Positions 39,267 through 53,000 of a stretch of 64,000 nucleotides of DNA are shown here, piece after piece. Within the stretch, counting starts at the first letter, position 1. Each line of letters starts with the position of its first letter. Location of the stretch: positions 2,976,001 to 3,040,000 of the forward strand of contig CP110440.1 in the NCBI GenBank assembly GCA_026914245.1. The letters run 5' to 3'. The notes below the pieces were generated by a model. It was not told where the DNA came from. It was given only the letters and a program-made list of their open reading frames with translations, and searched no databases. The DNA comes from Puccinia triticina (Eukaryota). A program made the translations under genes and the position numbers.

Positions 39267-40199
39267 GCGGCTCTATGCACTAGTTTCTACAAATCCTGGA
39301 AAAAAGATGAAATTTCACTTCTAGTCCCAAGACTAGTACATCAACAGAAATCAATCACCATTGGACATATAAAATACATAACCTTTGACCAACACATTGG
39401 CAACAGTACTATCTTATATTCCTTTGAGGAGAATGATGGCAGTGTGCAAAACGTTTGCGGTCAGATCAGTCACATATTCACGATGCAAATTCCCAAAAAG
39501 AAGGATTCCCCTGGTCAAATCCAGCTTTGGTTTCAAGTTGACCGTTTTAAGAACTTGACACCTGGTGATTGAAAGAAACATAAATTTGAAGATTGGCCTT
39601 ACACCCAAACCCACATTGTGTAAAAATAGACTTTGTACAAATTGATGCAATCATTGGTCATGGTGCTACTTGGAATTTACCCCAAGGATGCTTTGGCATC
39701 AAGAAAAAAACTCTTGTGGTTGTGGATTTGAGCAAAAAGGTAAGTAATTCATTGAGCTTGGCTCAAAATCAGTAACTTTTATGCTGACTCAGGTTCACAA
39801 TTGGTTTAGCATTTTGTTCCTCTTTATGAAACTCTTGATTAAAACTTGATCATTTTTTTCCAGCTTGATTGTCACTGACTGAAAAATCATGACATTAATG
39901 TTTGTATACTTTTTGGCAAGTTGACCACTAGATAAATTTGCATCTTCACAGTTTTACATTGAAACTGGGGGCGGGGGGCTCACAGGAAGGGATTAGAGAG
40001 CCTGCAGTATGCAGCATAGATTGGATGGGCACAGAAGGAAATATCAGGCAGAAGCAGGATAGAGTGGAAGATAGGAGTAGATGTCAAGGGCATTGATTTC
40101 TGGTGAACTCTTTCCATTGTAGGCGTCAACATTCCAGGAACAGATGAGAGTCTTGATGGATTGGTAGGAGCAGTACTCCCTGTGGCACTTGTTAATGAA

Positions 40200-41145
40200 G
40201 CCGGAGGCAGTGAGTCGGAGACACTATAAACAGTGCTGAAGGCACTATCAACATATTAACAGTGCTGGAGGCAGGGCATAGCACATCCAATTGAATCGAT
40301 TTGAGTATTTGTATTCCAATTCCATTTGAGTCGGATAATGCCCAGGCAAATTTGAGCTCAAATATTCAAATAAATTCAAATAATGGCTCAAAGGGGCACA
40401 TAGAGGGCCTATGCAAGCTTCTCGGCCGTGGCCCAAAAGGCCCTCTACCAGCCCCTTTAGCGCAGCAAAAAAATAACTCTGCCTCTGGGACTTTAAAAAG
40501 TGTGTCCACCACTGCAAAAAGTGCGTCCGCCAATATAAAAGGTGTGTCCGCCACTATGAAAAGTGTGTCTGCCACTATGAAAATTTTGTCTGCCACTATG
40601 AAAAGTGTGTCTGCCACTATGAAAAGTGTGTCCGCCACTATGAAAAGTGTGTTCGCCACTATGAAAAGTGTGTCAGCCACTATGAAAAGTGCGTCCGCCA
40701 CTATGAAAAGTGTGCCCGCCACTATGAAAAGTGACTCCGGCACTCTGAATAGTGCGTGCGCCATTATGAGAAGCGCCTCTGTCAACATTATAAGTGCCTT
40801 GGGCACCATGATAGTTTTGACAGATGACTCCCTCAAAAATACCTGGCCCAGAAATGAGCCAAAAGAAGTCAGAAACACAAAAAATGCAATTTTTTTTGGT
40901 GTTTTTAGTGTATTTTGGCAGTTTTTCCCTTGAATGTCTCCAAATACTCAAATATTCAACAAATCGGTATTTTAGGGTCCCAAAAAATGTGCCACATACC
41001 ACCGTGGTATGCCCTGGCAGGAGGCACTATTAACAGTGCAGGAGGCACTCACTATTAACAGTGCTGGAGGCACCATTAACAGTGCCAGAGGCACCATTAA
41101 CAGTGCCAGAGGCACCATTAACAGTGCCAGAGGCACTATTAACCC
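40200..41145. repeat. 21-bp minisatellites (CACTATGAAAAGTGTGTCCGC and CACTATTAACAGTGCCAGAGG types)
   Basis: Tandem copies at 40490-40800 and 41020-41140. Confidence 0.88.
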
Positions 41146-41198
41146 TACTCACCGCCAGTCAAATTGCTATCCGTCTAGTCTTGGCAAGTGGATGGAAG

Positions 41199-41646
41199 CA
41201 ACGGTGGGCCGCTACGCTATTTCAGCCCTACACGTTAGTGTAGCGGCAAAAAGCGCCCACCAATTTTGGTTAGCGTTAGCGCCGCTACGCTGCGCTAATT
41301 TTCAGCGGCCCTAACAGCGCACCAATTTCTTGTTAGCGTTAGCGCGCCGCTACCGTCGCTACGCTGCGCTACAGCACTTTTAGCCGCAAAAAAAGGCCTT
41401 TTTTTCCGCTAAAAGCACTGTAGCGCAGCATAGCGCGCACTCTTTTGCGCCCTGCGTGTGTAGCGTTAGCACAACTGCGCGCATCTGCGCTAACGCTACG
41501 CTAACAGCTAAATTAGCTGCGCACACTGTGCGCGTAGCGTTAGCGCAGAGAAGGTGCAATTCCGCTAACGCTACGCTACAAGTTAGCGTAATTCCGCTAC
41601 GCTACGCCACGCTAACGCTACGGTTAGCGTAGCTGGCCCACTGTGG
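41199..41646. mobile_element. MITE with 7-8 bp TSD
   Basis: CAACGGTGGGCC / GGCCCACTGTGG termini, (G)ATGGAAG on both flanks, GCTACGCTA subrepeats. Confidence 0.82.
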
Positions 41647-42811
41647 ATGGAAGCTTGTCAGAATAATATTGAATTGAAATTGTTTTCTCAATGTCCTCAC
41701 ACCCGGCTCTTTGTCTCTCCTAATCTCATTGTTCCCTGCTGTTACATACTCAAAAATTTATTAGAAGTTGCTCTCTATGCATCCTCACATGTCCTATTAA
41801 CCCTGCACCAATTAAATAACAATGTATTTGTATTTTAACAAGTTTTACAATTGTAACTGTATATTTATTATCTCCCCTTTCCTTCAGTGATTTCTGGTGT
41901 TTCTCCTTCTTTAGCTGCAGTTTTCAGGCCATCCCTTTTACTTTTCCTGTCGTGGTTTTAAACTCGTACATTTGAGTTTCATGGTTTGATCTATGCATGT
42001 GTTCCATGCATATGACGTGGTCACGTGGTTCTTGTCAATCACTCGATCCCCGCTCTCTGAAGTCCGATCTGCAACTCTCTTCCGCTCGCCGACAAACTTT
42101 ATTCCTCCCCGTTTCTTCTTCCCATTTCTATTCACTTCTTGATCTTATCGCCAAACAATCATCGACCTATTAATTGCTCAAAGTCTTTCTTATTTGAACT
42201 CGGTCAACCAAACCAAAGACTCAAACTCAACACTCGTCAACGTTAAGCATCTAGGAGGAACTAGAAGCAGTCTCCGGGCAGGTAGTTGCTTTATTGTTAT
42301 ACATTTGATAACCCGTATTCATGTTTCATTAACATCTTACTGTTTTTTTTCATCTTAGGCTGTTTTCGTTGTGAATCTCCTGTTGCTTCTTCGTCGACAT
42401 TGTTGCGCATTGTGTCAAGGTTTCTAGTACTGCAGTTCATTCTTTTGAGGTATTTCTTCATTTCATTATCAAGACTTATTCATGAAAGAGTTTTTCTAAC
42501 TATTTTATTTATTCCTTATCAAGTGTATTACTTTTATTGGGTTCTTATAAATATAACTGTTACAAAAAAGTAATCAATCTACCATTTCTTACATTTCCCT
42601 ACTCCATTCATTTTGTTGTCATCATCATGTGTTGTAGTGTGGGGTGGACAAACTCCACATTTGGAGTATCAGGAGACAAGAGGAGGTTGGGGAGGAGCAA
42701 TGTAAAGCGAGGGTTTTTAGCCTCAACAGATTAAGAGTCAGCTGTCTACCGACTCGCTAGCCTTTTTTCGACCTTTTAGACTCGACCCCTTTGGCTCATC
42801 ATCTCCAGTTT

Positions 42812-45800
42812 ATGGTCAACACCCGACGAGAACGACCTGAGTTGACGGGACCGCTTCCTCCACCAACAAGAGCAAAGCGACCAAAACAGACAAAAGCCTA
42901 CAAGGCACTTCTGAAACTTCCACCTCTACCTCCGTCTCCGATTGAGGAAAAACCAGATCCATTGGAACACGATCGTCCACCGTCTCCTTTCATATCAGCT
43001 ATATCCTACATCGTCTCGAAATCTTTAACTCGACAAATCGACGAGCTAAAATTGACTACAATAACATTTCCAAACGATAGCAGGGTTGTTAGAAATCCCT
43101 TTGGCCTGCCCATCACCACCGTTATCCCATCACCTGAATACCAACCAAAGGTCAACATACCAAGGGACACAACACCCATTCTGTCCCCCCAATCTCCCGA
43201 TTCCCCCCAGTCTCCTGATTTTCCTCAGTCTCCACAATCTTCATTGGGCCCGATATCTGCAACATCTCAGACCCCATTTGTCGTAGATCCACCCACCATC
43301 CCCATGTCTCAAGCGAATACGACCAACATCTTGCCCAGAAACAAATTCTTGCAACAGCCGAGTATTTACAAGTCAGAAGTGGACCCGTTATTGCCGGATG
43401 GATCGAATTTCAACAAATGGAAAAGAGGGCTTACGCGCGTCGTTCTTCTCACGCTTGGCCACCCGAATTTCTTCGATAAGGTCGAGAATTACATCAAGTT
43501 ATCCGCCCAAGAGAACACATGCCTATTTTATCTCATTCAAATCACAGTACATGACAAACTTTCATCTCTTGTTGATCAATTCACGACCGGAACTGAAGCT
43601 TACGAGGCAGTTCAAACCAACTTCCAGGGGACTATTCGATTTCGTCAAATGGAACTCATGGACAAATTACTGGAATTGCGAATTTCGGGGCCGTCAACTG
43701 ATCCATCACAGATTCCTGGCCTGTTCAACAAATTATTCGATATCTTCTCAGACCTTCAAAAAGTCGGAGCTGCCCTTTCCCCTCTCGTTGAGAGTCTCAT
43801 TTTACAATCCATTGTCCCACCTCCGGCCTCCATGTCTCGGTCACAGTTATTTCAAAACATATCTTTGCAACTTGGACAAAAAGCGGATGTTACGGCTAGA
43901 GATATCCAGACGATTATCACTTCCGCGTATGGCGAAACGGTACAATTCGATTCATCAACTTTGTCAATCCCCTCGGTATACCGGACCTGGCCCAACCAAC
44001 CACCTGCGAACATCCCGAATTGGAATGCTGCGACACAACCCAACGCACGACTTCAACAACCGGCAAGATCTCAACGTCAACCGACTCAGCAACGACCATC
44101 TGTACCACAACCCAACCAGCAACGCAACCAAAACGTTGGTACTCCAGGGAATCCAACTATTGACGATATCGCCTCGGCTATCAACAACATACAACGGGGC
44201 AACACTGGTCCCAACGATCCCAACCTTCTTGCCGGCAGACCTTGCCTATACTGTGGGGTATCAGGACATTGGAGATCGACTTGTCCGACTCTCCGCAGGG
44301 ATGCCGGCCTGCAGTTGCCCAATACCCCCGCACATGGTCGCCCCGCTTCCGGTTTCGCCCGTCAAGCTGCGCCTCCGAACGACCCACCCACCTGTCCCAA
44401 AGAGAATGCGGCGGTTCGATCAGCGGTGGGTGCGGATGCGACAGGCACAGCTGGCGTTGGCACTGTGTTGGATTCTGGGGCGACCCACCACGTGAGTGGA
44501 TCTCTCCCTGATTTTTCCTTTTTAACAGCGCTGCGACCCTCCATGAGACTGAACCTTGCGTCTTCGACGGGATTCATGACGGCGACACATAGTGGACACC
44601 TCAGGATAACCAATGGGGCTGGTACCCTAGCAATTCCCAAGGTTCTGTACAGCCTGGAAATGACAGGCACTCTTCTTAGCCTCGGCCAACTCATTGATTC
44701 GGGTTTTAAGCCGACTTTCCTCCCAAATAACAACATTCTCTTGGCGTTGCCTTTTTTGACTTTCACGGCTCAATACCGCAACCGATCTTGGCTTGTTTTT
44801 CCCGATTCATTTCATCCTCGTTCCGCTCTCGTCAGAAATATTTCAACTTCTATTTCTTCTTCACCTTCTTTTGATTGGCACTGTCGTCTGGGACATGTCT
44901 TGGACGCGATTGTCAAAGATTTTCTCAAGCGTTTCGTCCCCGATTTCGATCTCAAAACCTGGACACCGTTCATATGTGAATCATGCAAACAATGTAAGAG
45001 CGAGCGACAACGTCATCACCTGCCAGAAGTCGTTCCCATGGAATCTAGACTGGACCTTATGGTCACAGATGTCCTCGGCCCACTTGACGCAGATATACAC
45101 GGCAATAGATTCCTGTTGACGGTCCGGGACCACGCGACCACATTCTCTTTTGTATTCGCCATGAAATCCCGATCCAAAGTTCCGACTATCATCATCTCAT
45201 TAGTAAAAAAGATCATTTCTCATTTCAAATCAGCTCCTAAATACATCCGATGCAATAATGCAAAAGAATACAGGACCCAATCCTTTCAAAACTATCTCTC
45301 ATCAGTTGGTACTTCAATCATCTTCACTTCGCCTTATACCCCTGAACAGAATGGTGAAGCGGAACACCTGAATCGCACACTAGGCGACATTGCTCGAACG
45401 ACTCTGAGGCATTCGCACATGCCGGAAACTCTGTGGTCTTACGCCTACAGGTGTGCATGCTTCTTGATTAACCGGCTTCCTAACGCTCGATGCAAGACAA
45501 GTCCTCTCGAACTCTGGTCAGACAGAAAACTGTCTGCAGAATGTTTCTATCCCTTTGGTACCAAGGCGTGTGTACACATCCCGAAGGAGCGTTGCAGGAA
45601 GATGGATCTCCGGGGTTGGATGGGGTACTTGGTGGGATACCAGGACGATGAGCGATGTGGAACTACTCAAAGGGGAGAATAGAGCTTGGAAGGTAAATGG
45701 ATAGCAACACTAGTACTAATGTAAGCTATGCAAGGGTGCTGATGAGGCTGCCTTCCTGACTAATGCTGAGGGGATGAGAGTAACACTAAGAAAAAAGAAG

Positions 45801-48312
45801 AAAAGGTGTGGCTGATTTCTGCTTGATCTTAGGAGCTAGTACTATGAGCTTTAACTACTGACTACTGAGGGTAAGAGAGATGGAGGATTGATGAGAGTGG
45901 GGGACTTATAATTTCTGTATCCAAAATTATCTATAAATTCTGTATATATTTCTCTGCATGAGGTACAAGTGAGGGGGGGGAAGACAATTCTTATAGTAAG
46001 GAGGGATGAGCACAGACAATGAAGAGTTCTGGCTATGAGAATGAAGGTTGTACAAATGAGGAAGAGTGATGTGAACATAGTAACAGTATGTAATGATGAG
46101 CAATGCTGAAAAGGGAATGCTGGTTATGGGAATAAAAGAATGTACTAATGGGGAAAAGTGATGAGAACATAGTAACTACTTGTAATGATGAGCACTACTG
46201 AAAGAGGTAAGCACAGATCTAATGATGTAATGTGTACAATAGCCATAGTACATAATGAGGAATGTATGTAAAGGGTTTAGTATGTGAAAGTAATTATGTA
46301 AAAGTAATGTACTGTAATGATTCAAGTAAGTTACTAAGGAATTGAGTATTGTAACTAATGAAGACTGTAGATTATCTGTAAGTCTTATATCCTCTATAAC
46401 TACTGAACCATTGAAGATAAGGGGGTACTATGTAGGAATGACTATATGTGAAATTTGATGTAGAATCTGAATATGCAATAATAATGAGGTATTTGTGAAG
46501 GTTTATGGGGAAATGTTCAATGTAATGATAAATATATGTAAAAGAAAGCAATAAAATACTACTTATGGTTTGGAATGGAGCACCACAGCGAGGCTGGTTT
46601 TTTTGGAACCCAACGACGAAGAAGGTTGTCAACTCAGAGTGTGCTGAGTTTTTCGACTATCAGGGAAAACCACTGATTAACTCACCCACACAATCTTCTG
46701 ACGCATCTTCCATTCGTAGGGCTCTTGTCCTTGGCCAAGAAAAAACAAAAGAAACATGTGATGCTCAAGACAATCAAATCGACAATATCCAGGCGATTTC
46801 CGATGCAGAAATTCCGATCAATCTGCGCCAGGCCCTACGCGGTCCTGCAAGTGATCAATGGCAAACCGCGTGTATATCTGAATGGGATCAGCTGGTGGAA
46901 ATCAACACTTTCAACATCAAAGAAAAGGAACGGAAACACTCCATTGGCACTCGTTTTGTTTTCGACATCAAGCGCAAATCGGACGGTACAATCGAGAAAC
47001 TGAAAGCCCGGTTTGTGGTCCGAGGTTTCAAACAGCGACTCGGCAGAGACGTAAAATCAACATTCGCACCCACAGCTTCACTTACAACGCTCAGACTACT
47101 CATTACCCTTGCCATCAAGAAGAAATGGAGGATCAATTCATTCGACATCACGGGCGCTTTTGTACATAGCCCTATTGACGAGACAATGTACGTCGATCCA
47201 CCGGTCGAACTTTTTCCGCATCTTGCGGGTAAGGTCCTGAAACTCAAAAAAGCACTTTACGGTACGCGTCAGGCCAGCAGATGCTGGTGGAAACATTTTA
47301 AAGGTCTGTTACAAGGGTGGGGATTTGACTGCAATGAAGTCGATACAGATACAAAAAAGGCGACTCGGTCATCATCATCTGGATTCACGTCGATGACGGG
47401 ATAGTGTTCAGCAATGACCCATCAGCTCTTGGCTTGTTACGCGGCAATATGGAGAAGAACCTACGAGTGAGATGGGACAACAAACCAGATAAACTAGTTG
47501 GTATCAAATTGGATTATGAAGACAACACCATTTTTTTGAGTCAACCCTTCCTGACGGATCAAACGGTCGCAAAGTTTCAAGAACTAGTCCAGCCAGTCAT
47601 TGTCCCAACCTACACACCTCTCGTGGATAACAACTTGACAACATCAAACAAGGAGCCGATTGATGCAACTCTATACCAATCCCTGATTGGATCCCTAAAC
47701 TACATTGCTCTCGGATTGAGGCCGGACTTAAGCTATTCAGTAAACTATCTGGCGCGTTTCAGCGCAAATCCGGATGAAACTCATTTGAACGGTCTCAAAC
47801 ACTTAGTTCAGTATTTGGCAACGACAAAGGACAAACGGTTAAAATTGGAATGTACGGATGACCATCTGATTACTTGGTCCGATGCAAGCTGGGGAGGCGA
47901 ATACCAGCGCTCGACATCAGGTTTCATAATCACATTTCTTGGCAGCCCCATTGCGTGGGGTTCTCGACGACAGAAGGTCGTGGCGACTTCGACATGTGCT
48001 GCGGAATTCATTTCGATTGGATCATCAATGGACTTCCTTCTTTTCCTCATACCGATTGTACAATCTCTTGACATCAATCCGAACTTGATTCTCAAATGCG
48101 ACAATCAGGCGGCGGTTCTGGTATCCAACAACAATGCCTCGAAAGGACGAATGAAAAGTTTAGAAAGGAACTTCTTTTTTGTTAACGATGCGGTACGCGA
48201 ACACAACATCAAGCTTGAATGGGTATCAACTTCCGACAACATCGCCGATTTCTTCACTAAACCTCTCAGGGCAACTCTCCATTCCATTTCCATGAAGAAG
48301 ATTTTCCGATGA
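42812..48312 (+). pseudogene. Copia gag-pol polyprotein, interrupted
   Basis: CLYCGVSGHWRSTC, LDSGATHH, WHCRLGH, EQNGEAE, FDITGAF, HVDD, WSDASWGG, ADFFTK; solo LTR insertion and frameshift at about 47345. Confidence 0.93.
45656..46587. mobile_element. Solo Gypsy-type LTR (932 bp) nested in Copia
   Basis: Starts TGTGGAACTACTC like the LTR at 8128, ends CACCACA, 4-bp TSD GCGA; removal restores DDERGWFFW. Confidence 0.9.
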
Positions 48313-50389
48313 TACAGTTTCTCAATGTTTTTATCATTTCTTAATTCCGCTTTCATCACACCTATATTTTTAACCTTCATTTTTCCATTTTTTCAGTCTA
48401 ATTGTATTTAGAGGTGTGGAGTTTGAGGGGGGGTGTTGTAGTGTGGGGTGGACAAACTCCACATTTGGAGTATCAGGAGACAAGAGGAGGTCAGGGAGGA
48501 GCAATGTAAAGCAAGGGTTTTTAGCCTCAACATCATGCATGCTAGCATTGCCATGGAAACATTAAGGCTTTTAGGTACTCTTAGCGCATATACCAGTTGC
48601 ACTATAAGTCCTTGGAGGATATGTCATCCAGCGTTTGCAACATCTTCCAACTCCCGCAAGTCATGAAGATAGCAAGAGGAGCGTCCAATGATTGTCTTCA
48701 AATTTAAACCAATTTTTATGCTGATATATGTACATGCGGGGGGATGAATCCAGCCTAAACAATTCTCCTCTGGGTACATCCCCATGGTTATTGCATCAAA
48801 AAAAAAAGAAGATGTACGTACATACTAGATTAACAACGTATATGTGTAGCTTCCGGCAGCTGGCACCTGCTTGCCAAGATCCAGGAATCGTTCCGGGCGG
48901 GCAAGCAGGTTACACGCACTTGCTGGGAAGAGCGGGTGCGCCTTTGTACTCAGCGGAGATGAATGTTGTTCAGCTCCTCCAGGCTGACCTACAACCTGCT
49001 TGAAGAGGAAGATTTCTCAGCAAGCAGGTGCAAGGTGTTTGCACCGGAGGAATCCTCCGGACGAGTGCAGACCTTGGAGCTTCTTTGCTTTCCGGGGATG
49101 ATTCCGGAATCCAAGCAAGGGTCAATACTCAAAAGCCTCCTCCTTGGCGCTCTCATTTTCTCGGTGAGGATATCATCTCTTCGGCTTGCCTGGAAAGATT
49201 CCTCCGGGACAAGTATGTACCTTGTACCTGCTCACTGATGTCCTCAGCAAGCAGTCTTACCTTGTACCTGCTTGCTAAGAACCTTGGCAAGCAGGTACAA
49301 CATCAAGGTACTCGCCAGGGAGGAATCATCTCTGTGTGGGTGCATGTACCTATGTATTCATCCTTGGAGCTTCTTCCGCTTGCCGGGCGGTGATTCCTGC
49401 CAAGACTCCTGTGAGAAGTTGAAGCGTGTGCCCGCTTCCAGGGAGCCGGAGGCCATGGCTTGCCAGCATGCCAGTGAGAAATCCCGGCACGTGCTTGCTT
49501 GGCTATGAAAGGGTATATGGTTATGTAATTGCTCATCCATGGTTGCATTTTTTTAGTTGTACATAATTCTTGACAACCATTTTCATTTATGATTGTTTAG
49601 GCTACATTCAGGTACTCCTGTGTCCGGTCATGCTTCGCTTCATTTTAGGACACTACACTGTTGTGTACAATGGGCTATGGTGCAGCGTCATGCAAATTGT
49701 TTTCCACACCAAGCACATCGGAATTATCAAGCATGTGATCTAGTTCCATACTTTATGTATGTACTGGCCGTCTTCAAGAGAACCACGGACGCTTGTTGTG
49801 AGACCAAAAGAATCTTTTTTCTGTCCATGAACCTCTCTTTCAATAAGAACCCGCACTGATTATAGCCAGTCTCAGTCAAGTGTGCTTGAGTCTGGCTAGA
49901 CCAATTGGAGGTCTTGCTTGGGCATTCCACCATGCCGGAAGTGCAGTAAAAAATTCTCGAGCCGTGATAATTTACTTGTTAAAAATGCCGCACTGCTTGC
50001 TCCTTCCCCACTTCTCTATCTAGACCCGCATAAATATCCTGACTATTCCTTCTGTCCTCAAAGCGCCCTCTTGATCATCAAACAACCTATCCTCATTTTC
50101 CTCACTCCCACGGTATACCAGCATGTCCTACAAACCGCCCGGACCCGCTGGGCCACGGCACACACTCTTTCAGCGTGTTTTTTCAGCAGGGAAGAGCCTG
50201 TTTGCAGGCAAGGTGGTGGGGCACGCCTGCTGTGCGTGTGCAGATGAGCGGGTCCTGATTACATGGGAGTGTGTGCCGGTTTAGATTAGGGGGGAGAGCA
50301 ACAAACCATCTACCAAAAGAAAGTCCAAAGAACACCAAAGCCTCTCTTGAGGGTACAGGAAGGGGGAGGAAGAGGGGCTACGGGGCGGC

Positions 50390-51290
50390 TTAGTTCTCGG
50401 TGACCATGTTGTTCAAGCCAAGCTCCTCGCTCTGGTCAAAGCTGCGCTTGTACTCGATTTTCTCAATGGCCGGGTCGTCGTCGGGTGCGCAGATGTTCTG
50501 GATGAACGAGTTGGAGATTGGGTCGTCAAGGATGACTGTGAACGGGCGCTCGGCGGCCAGGATCTAGACACACACAGATCCTTGGGGGGTCAGAGCGCAA
50601 GAAAAGGGGCGGTTAGTGTGTGTGTGGACTGACGGTTTTGAAGTTGTCCATGAAGACCTTCATCGACGATCTCGAGTGGTTCTAGCCCTCCTGCTGCTCC
50701 TGGACGCCTGCGGCTGCGGATGAGGGGGGCTTTTGGGCGACGGGGAGGGAGACGGAGTCGCCGGTCGTGAAGACCTTCTGGTCGAGCTCCTTGAAGACCT
50801 GCACGAGCAGGCCCTCGAGGGTCGTGAACCGGCCGCCGAGCAGGCCCTCGAGGGTTGTGAACCGGCCGCCGAGCATTCCCGGATTGAGGTGCAGGTCGAT
50901 CTCGGGGATGGTGAGCTTGGCGGTCTCGGACTTGAGGATGTCCCGCGCCAGGTCCTCCTTGTCAGTCACGCGGAGGACGAGCTTGGTGCCCTTGGGCGAG
51001 ATTGCGGTCGCGGACTTGACCTTGTTGTCCTTGTATCCACAGCTGGCACAGTTGGTTGACATGAGGATGATCTCCTTGAAGTGGGGGATCTCGATCTTCT
51101 TCATGCGCGTGTTGAGCATGTGGCCGCACGCGCCGTGGCAGGGTGGGCTCGTCGGGCAGATTGTCGGCCAGCTCCTCTTCCTCGTCCTCCGACATGTCGG
51201 CCCCAGTAGTCCTGAGACCTGTCGAGCCGTCGCCGCCGCCCCTGGTCGTCGTCGTCTTCATCAACGCAACAAGCAATGAGGCCCGCGAGC
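50390..51290 (-). pseudogene. ZPR1: C-terminal half of zinc-finger protein ZPR1
   Basis: IPHFKEIILMSTNCASCGY, DLARDILKSETA, GRFTTLEGLL (duplicated), ILDDP.SNSFIQN; intron 50564-50633. Confidence 0.88.
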
Positions 51291-51419
51291 CCCTTTGTCC
51301 CCATACATCAAGCCCAGGATGTTCGTCGAGGAGGCAGTACGACCAATGCTTGCCTGCACACAATAAGGTAGCCATGGTTATTAAGTATTGGAGTGGGCAA
51401 GCTGGAGGAGGGCAAGGAC

Positions 51420-53000
51420 ATACCGCGGGCTTCTTTGAACGCCTTGACAATCCAATTGAACGAGCTGCGCATCTTCTTGCCCGGGGCATCGACCCCGCCT
51501 TCCAGCTGAATTAGCCCTGCCAGCTCGGCGGCCTTTAAGGGACTGGTGGCGTTCTTGGACTTCTTTGTCCGAGTTGCAGGCCGAGACGATCAACGAGATC
51601 CCGCCGCGAGTCCAGAACGTATCTACAGACGGAGAGAGAAATTGTCGTGGGTCAGAGGGAGAGACGGAAGAGATAAGAGAGGGAGGGACGGACGGAGCAA
51701 GGGCCGCAGATGGTCGAGCGCGTCCGGATCCGTTGTGTCGTAGCTACATACACATCCAACAACGGTTACGATCGAGGGCGGTTTTAGGGCAGGAGAGATA
51801 GAGAGAGAGGGAAGAAGAGGAGCGGACCAGAGCAGGACGCCGTCGAGATGGGGCAGCCGGGCAGGCCACGAGAGGCCCTCCTTATGTTGAGATACATTTC
51901 TCGGACAGGATGGGCTGGTCGATCACGAGCACCTGGACAAACTTATCAAAGTCCCTCCGAGGGGGGCTTGCAGGGCCCTCCGCAGGAGGGACTTACACCT
52001 AAGCGGTGAAAGCTGGGGTGGCAGGAACAGAAAATCTGCCTCAATGCCAGGTCTTTATTTTTGAATCAGTTTTAAACCCCCACCTCAAAGGTTTCCTGCA
52101 TGGTGTGTTGGATCAAATGATACCTAAGAAGCATGGCTTCATTCCTATCCTTTCCCCATTCCTTCAGCCCTACATTCTTACTTGTCCGGGTGCTTCAAAG
52201 GCAAAAATGATCAAGGAATGCACTGGAAACCTGAAAGACCATAAACTCACACGCTCACTGACAGTTGAATGAGGTCAACGTACAAAGCAAGATTAGCTAA
52301 GAAAACTGAATATGATGTGTCACCAATCTGTCTAACCTTGAAGGTGAAAAAAGGATTCAAGCCTATCCGAGGGCACTTTATAGATTTACTCAACCCTCCA
52401 CCTAAAAAGGGAGTTGGATGATTTACTGCTCCGATTACAGGTTGAAGAAATTGGATAATCATTTTTTTGAAAATGTGGTCCTCTCCGCAACATGGAGATC
52501 TTTCATTTGGTCAAAAAAAAGGAAAGAATTTGCTAAGTTGAGGGAGGGACTGGCAGATTACTGAAAATTTTGGGAATTTGGCAAAAAATCAAGTTCCTCC
52601 TGTGCCAACATTCACCACTTGCGGGCAAGTCCCTCCTGCGGAGGTCGCGCTGCGCTCGACCTCCTCGGAGGGACTGCGTTAAGTTTGGCACCTGGAGCAG
52701 TTCCAAGGCCTGTTGTGGGGGTTGCTGGTGCTTGTCGACTAAGGATGCAGGCCCGGGAGGGGACGCGCTCGTGCCAATGCTTGATACTGTTGACTTGACT
52801 ACACACACACAAACATAAAAGTGCTCAATCATGGGACCCGGTGGAGGGAGGGAGGGGGAGGGAAGGATGGACTGCGGTTATTGGTGGCGTTGTGGTAGAG
52901 CTCAACGGCGGCGAGCGGGGCAGCCGGCTTGCGCAATGCCTTGGCGATGATCATCGATTTCCTGACCCCTTTGGGCCCGGCGACGGTGATGACTAAGTCA
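51420..53000 (-). pseudogene. Fragment with a Ras-like P-loop domain (resembles the N-terminus of basidiomycete RasGEF-family proteins), split by a MITE
   Basis: VAGPKGVRKS, LSWPARLPHLDGVLLC|YD, LIVSACNSD, KKMRSSFNWIVKA read across introns. Confidence 0.55.
51938..52687. mobile_element. MULE-type MITE
   Basis: About 70-bp imperfect TIR starting CAAACTTA; 9-bp TSD GCACCTGGA. Confidence 0.85.

Larger units (their letters stand above)
35412..39770 (+). pseudogene. CACTA/CMC-EnSpm-type transposase, disrupted by stops and two solo LTRs
   Basis: LNVDWFNP, CLNLPP, IVCDFPA..GH, EPMHNIFLG, GKLKADEW, PNHH..H..FGP..WSFERLNG; element termini not found. Confidence 0.85.
42630..48532 (+). mobile_element. 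Ty1/Copia LTR retrotransposon with 99-bp LTRs (42630-42728, 48434-48532)
   Basis: TGTTG...CAACA LTRs with 3 differences, TSD TCATG, PPT GAGGGGGGG, domain order PR-IN-RT-RH. Confidence 0.96.

Noticed and set aside
40301..40933. ORF with MKSVSAT heptads
   Set aside because: Artefact of the 21-bp minisatellite
41656..48642. Older LTR hosting the Copia insertion
   Set aside because: LTR-like composition and a CAACA end, but no matching start or TSD found
48850..49500. CAAGCAGG-rich MITE-like segment
   Set aside because: No TIR pair or TSD could be defined
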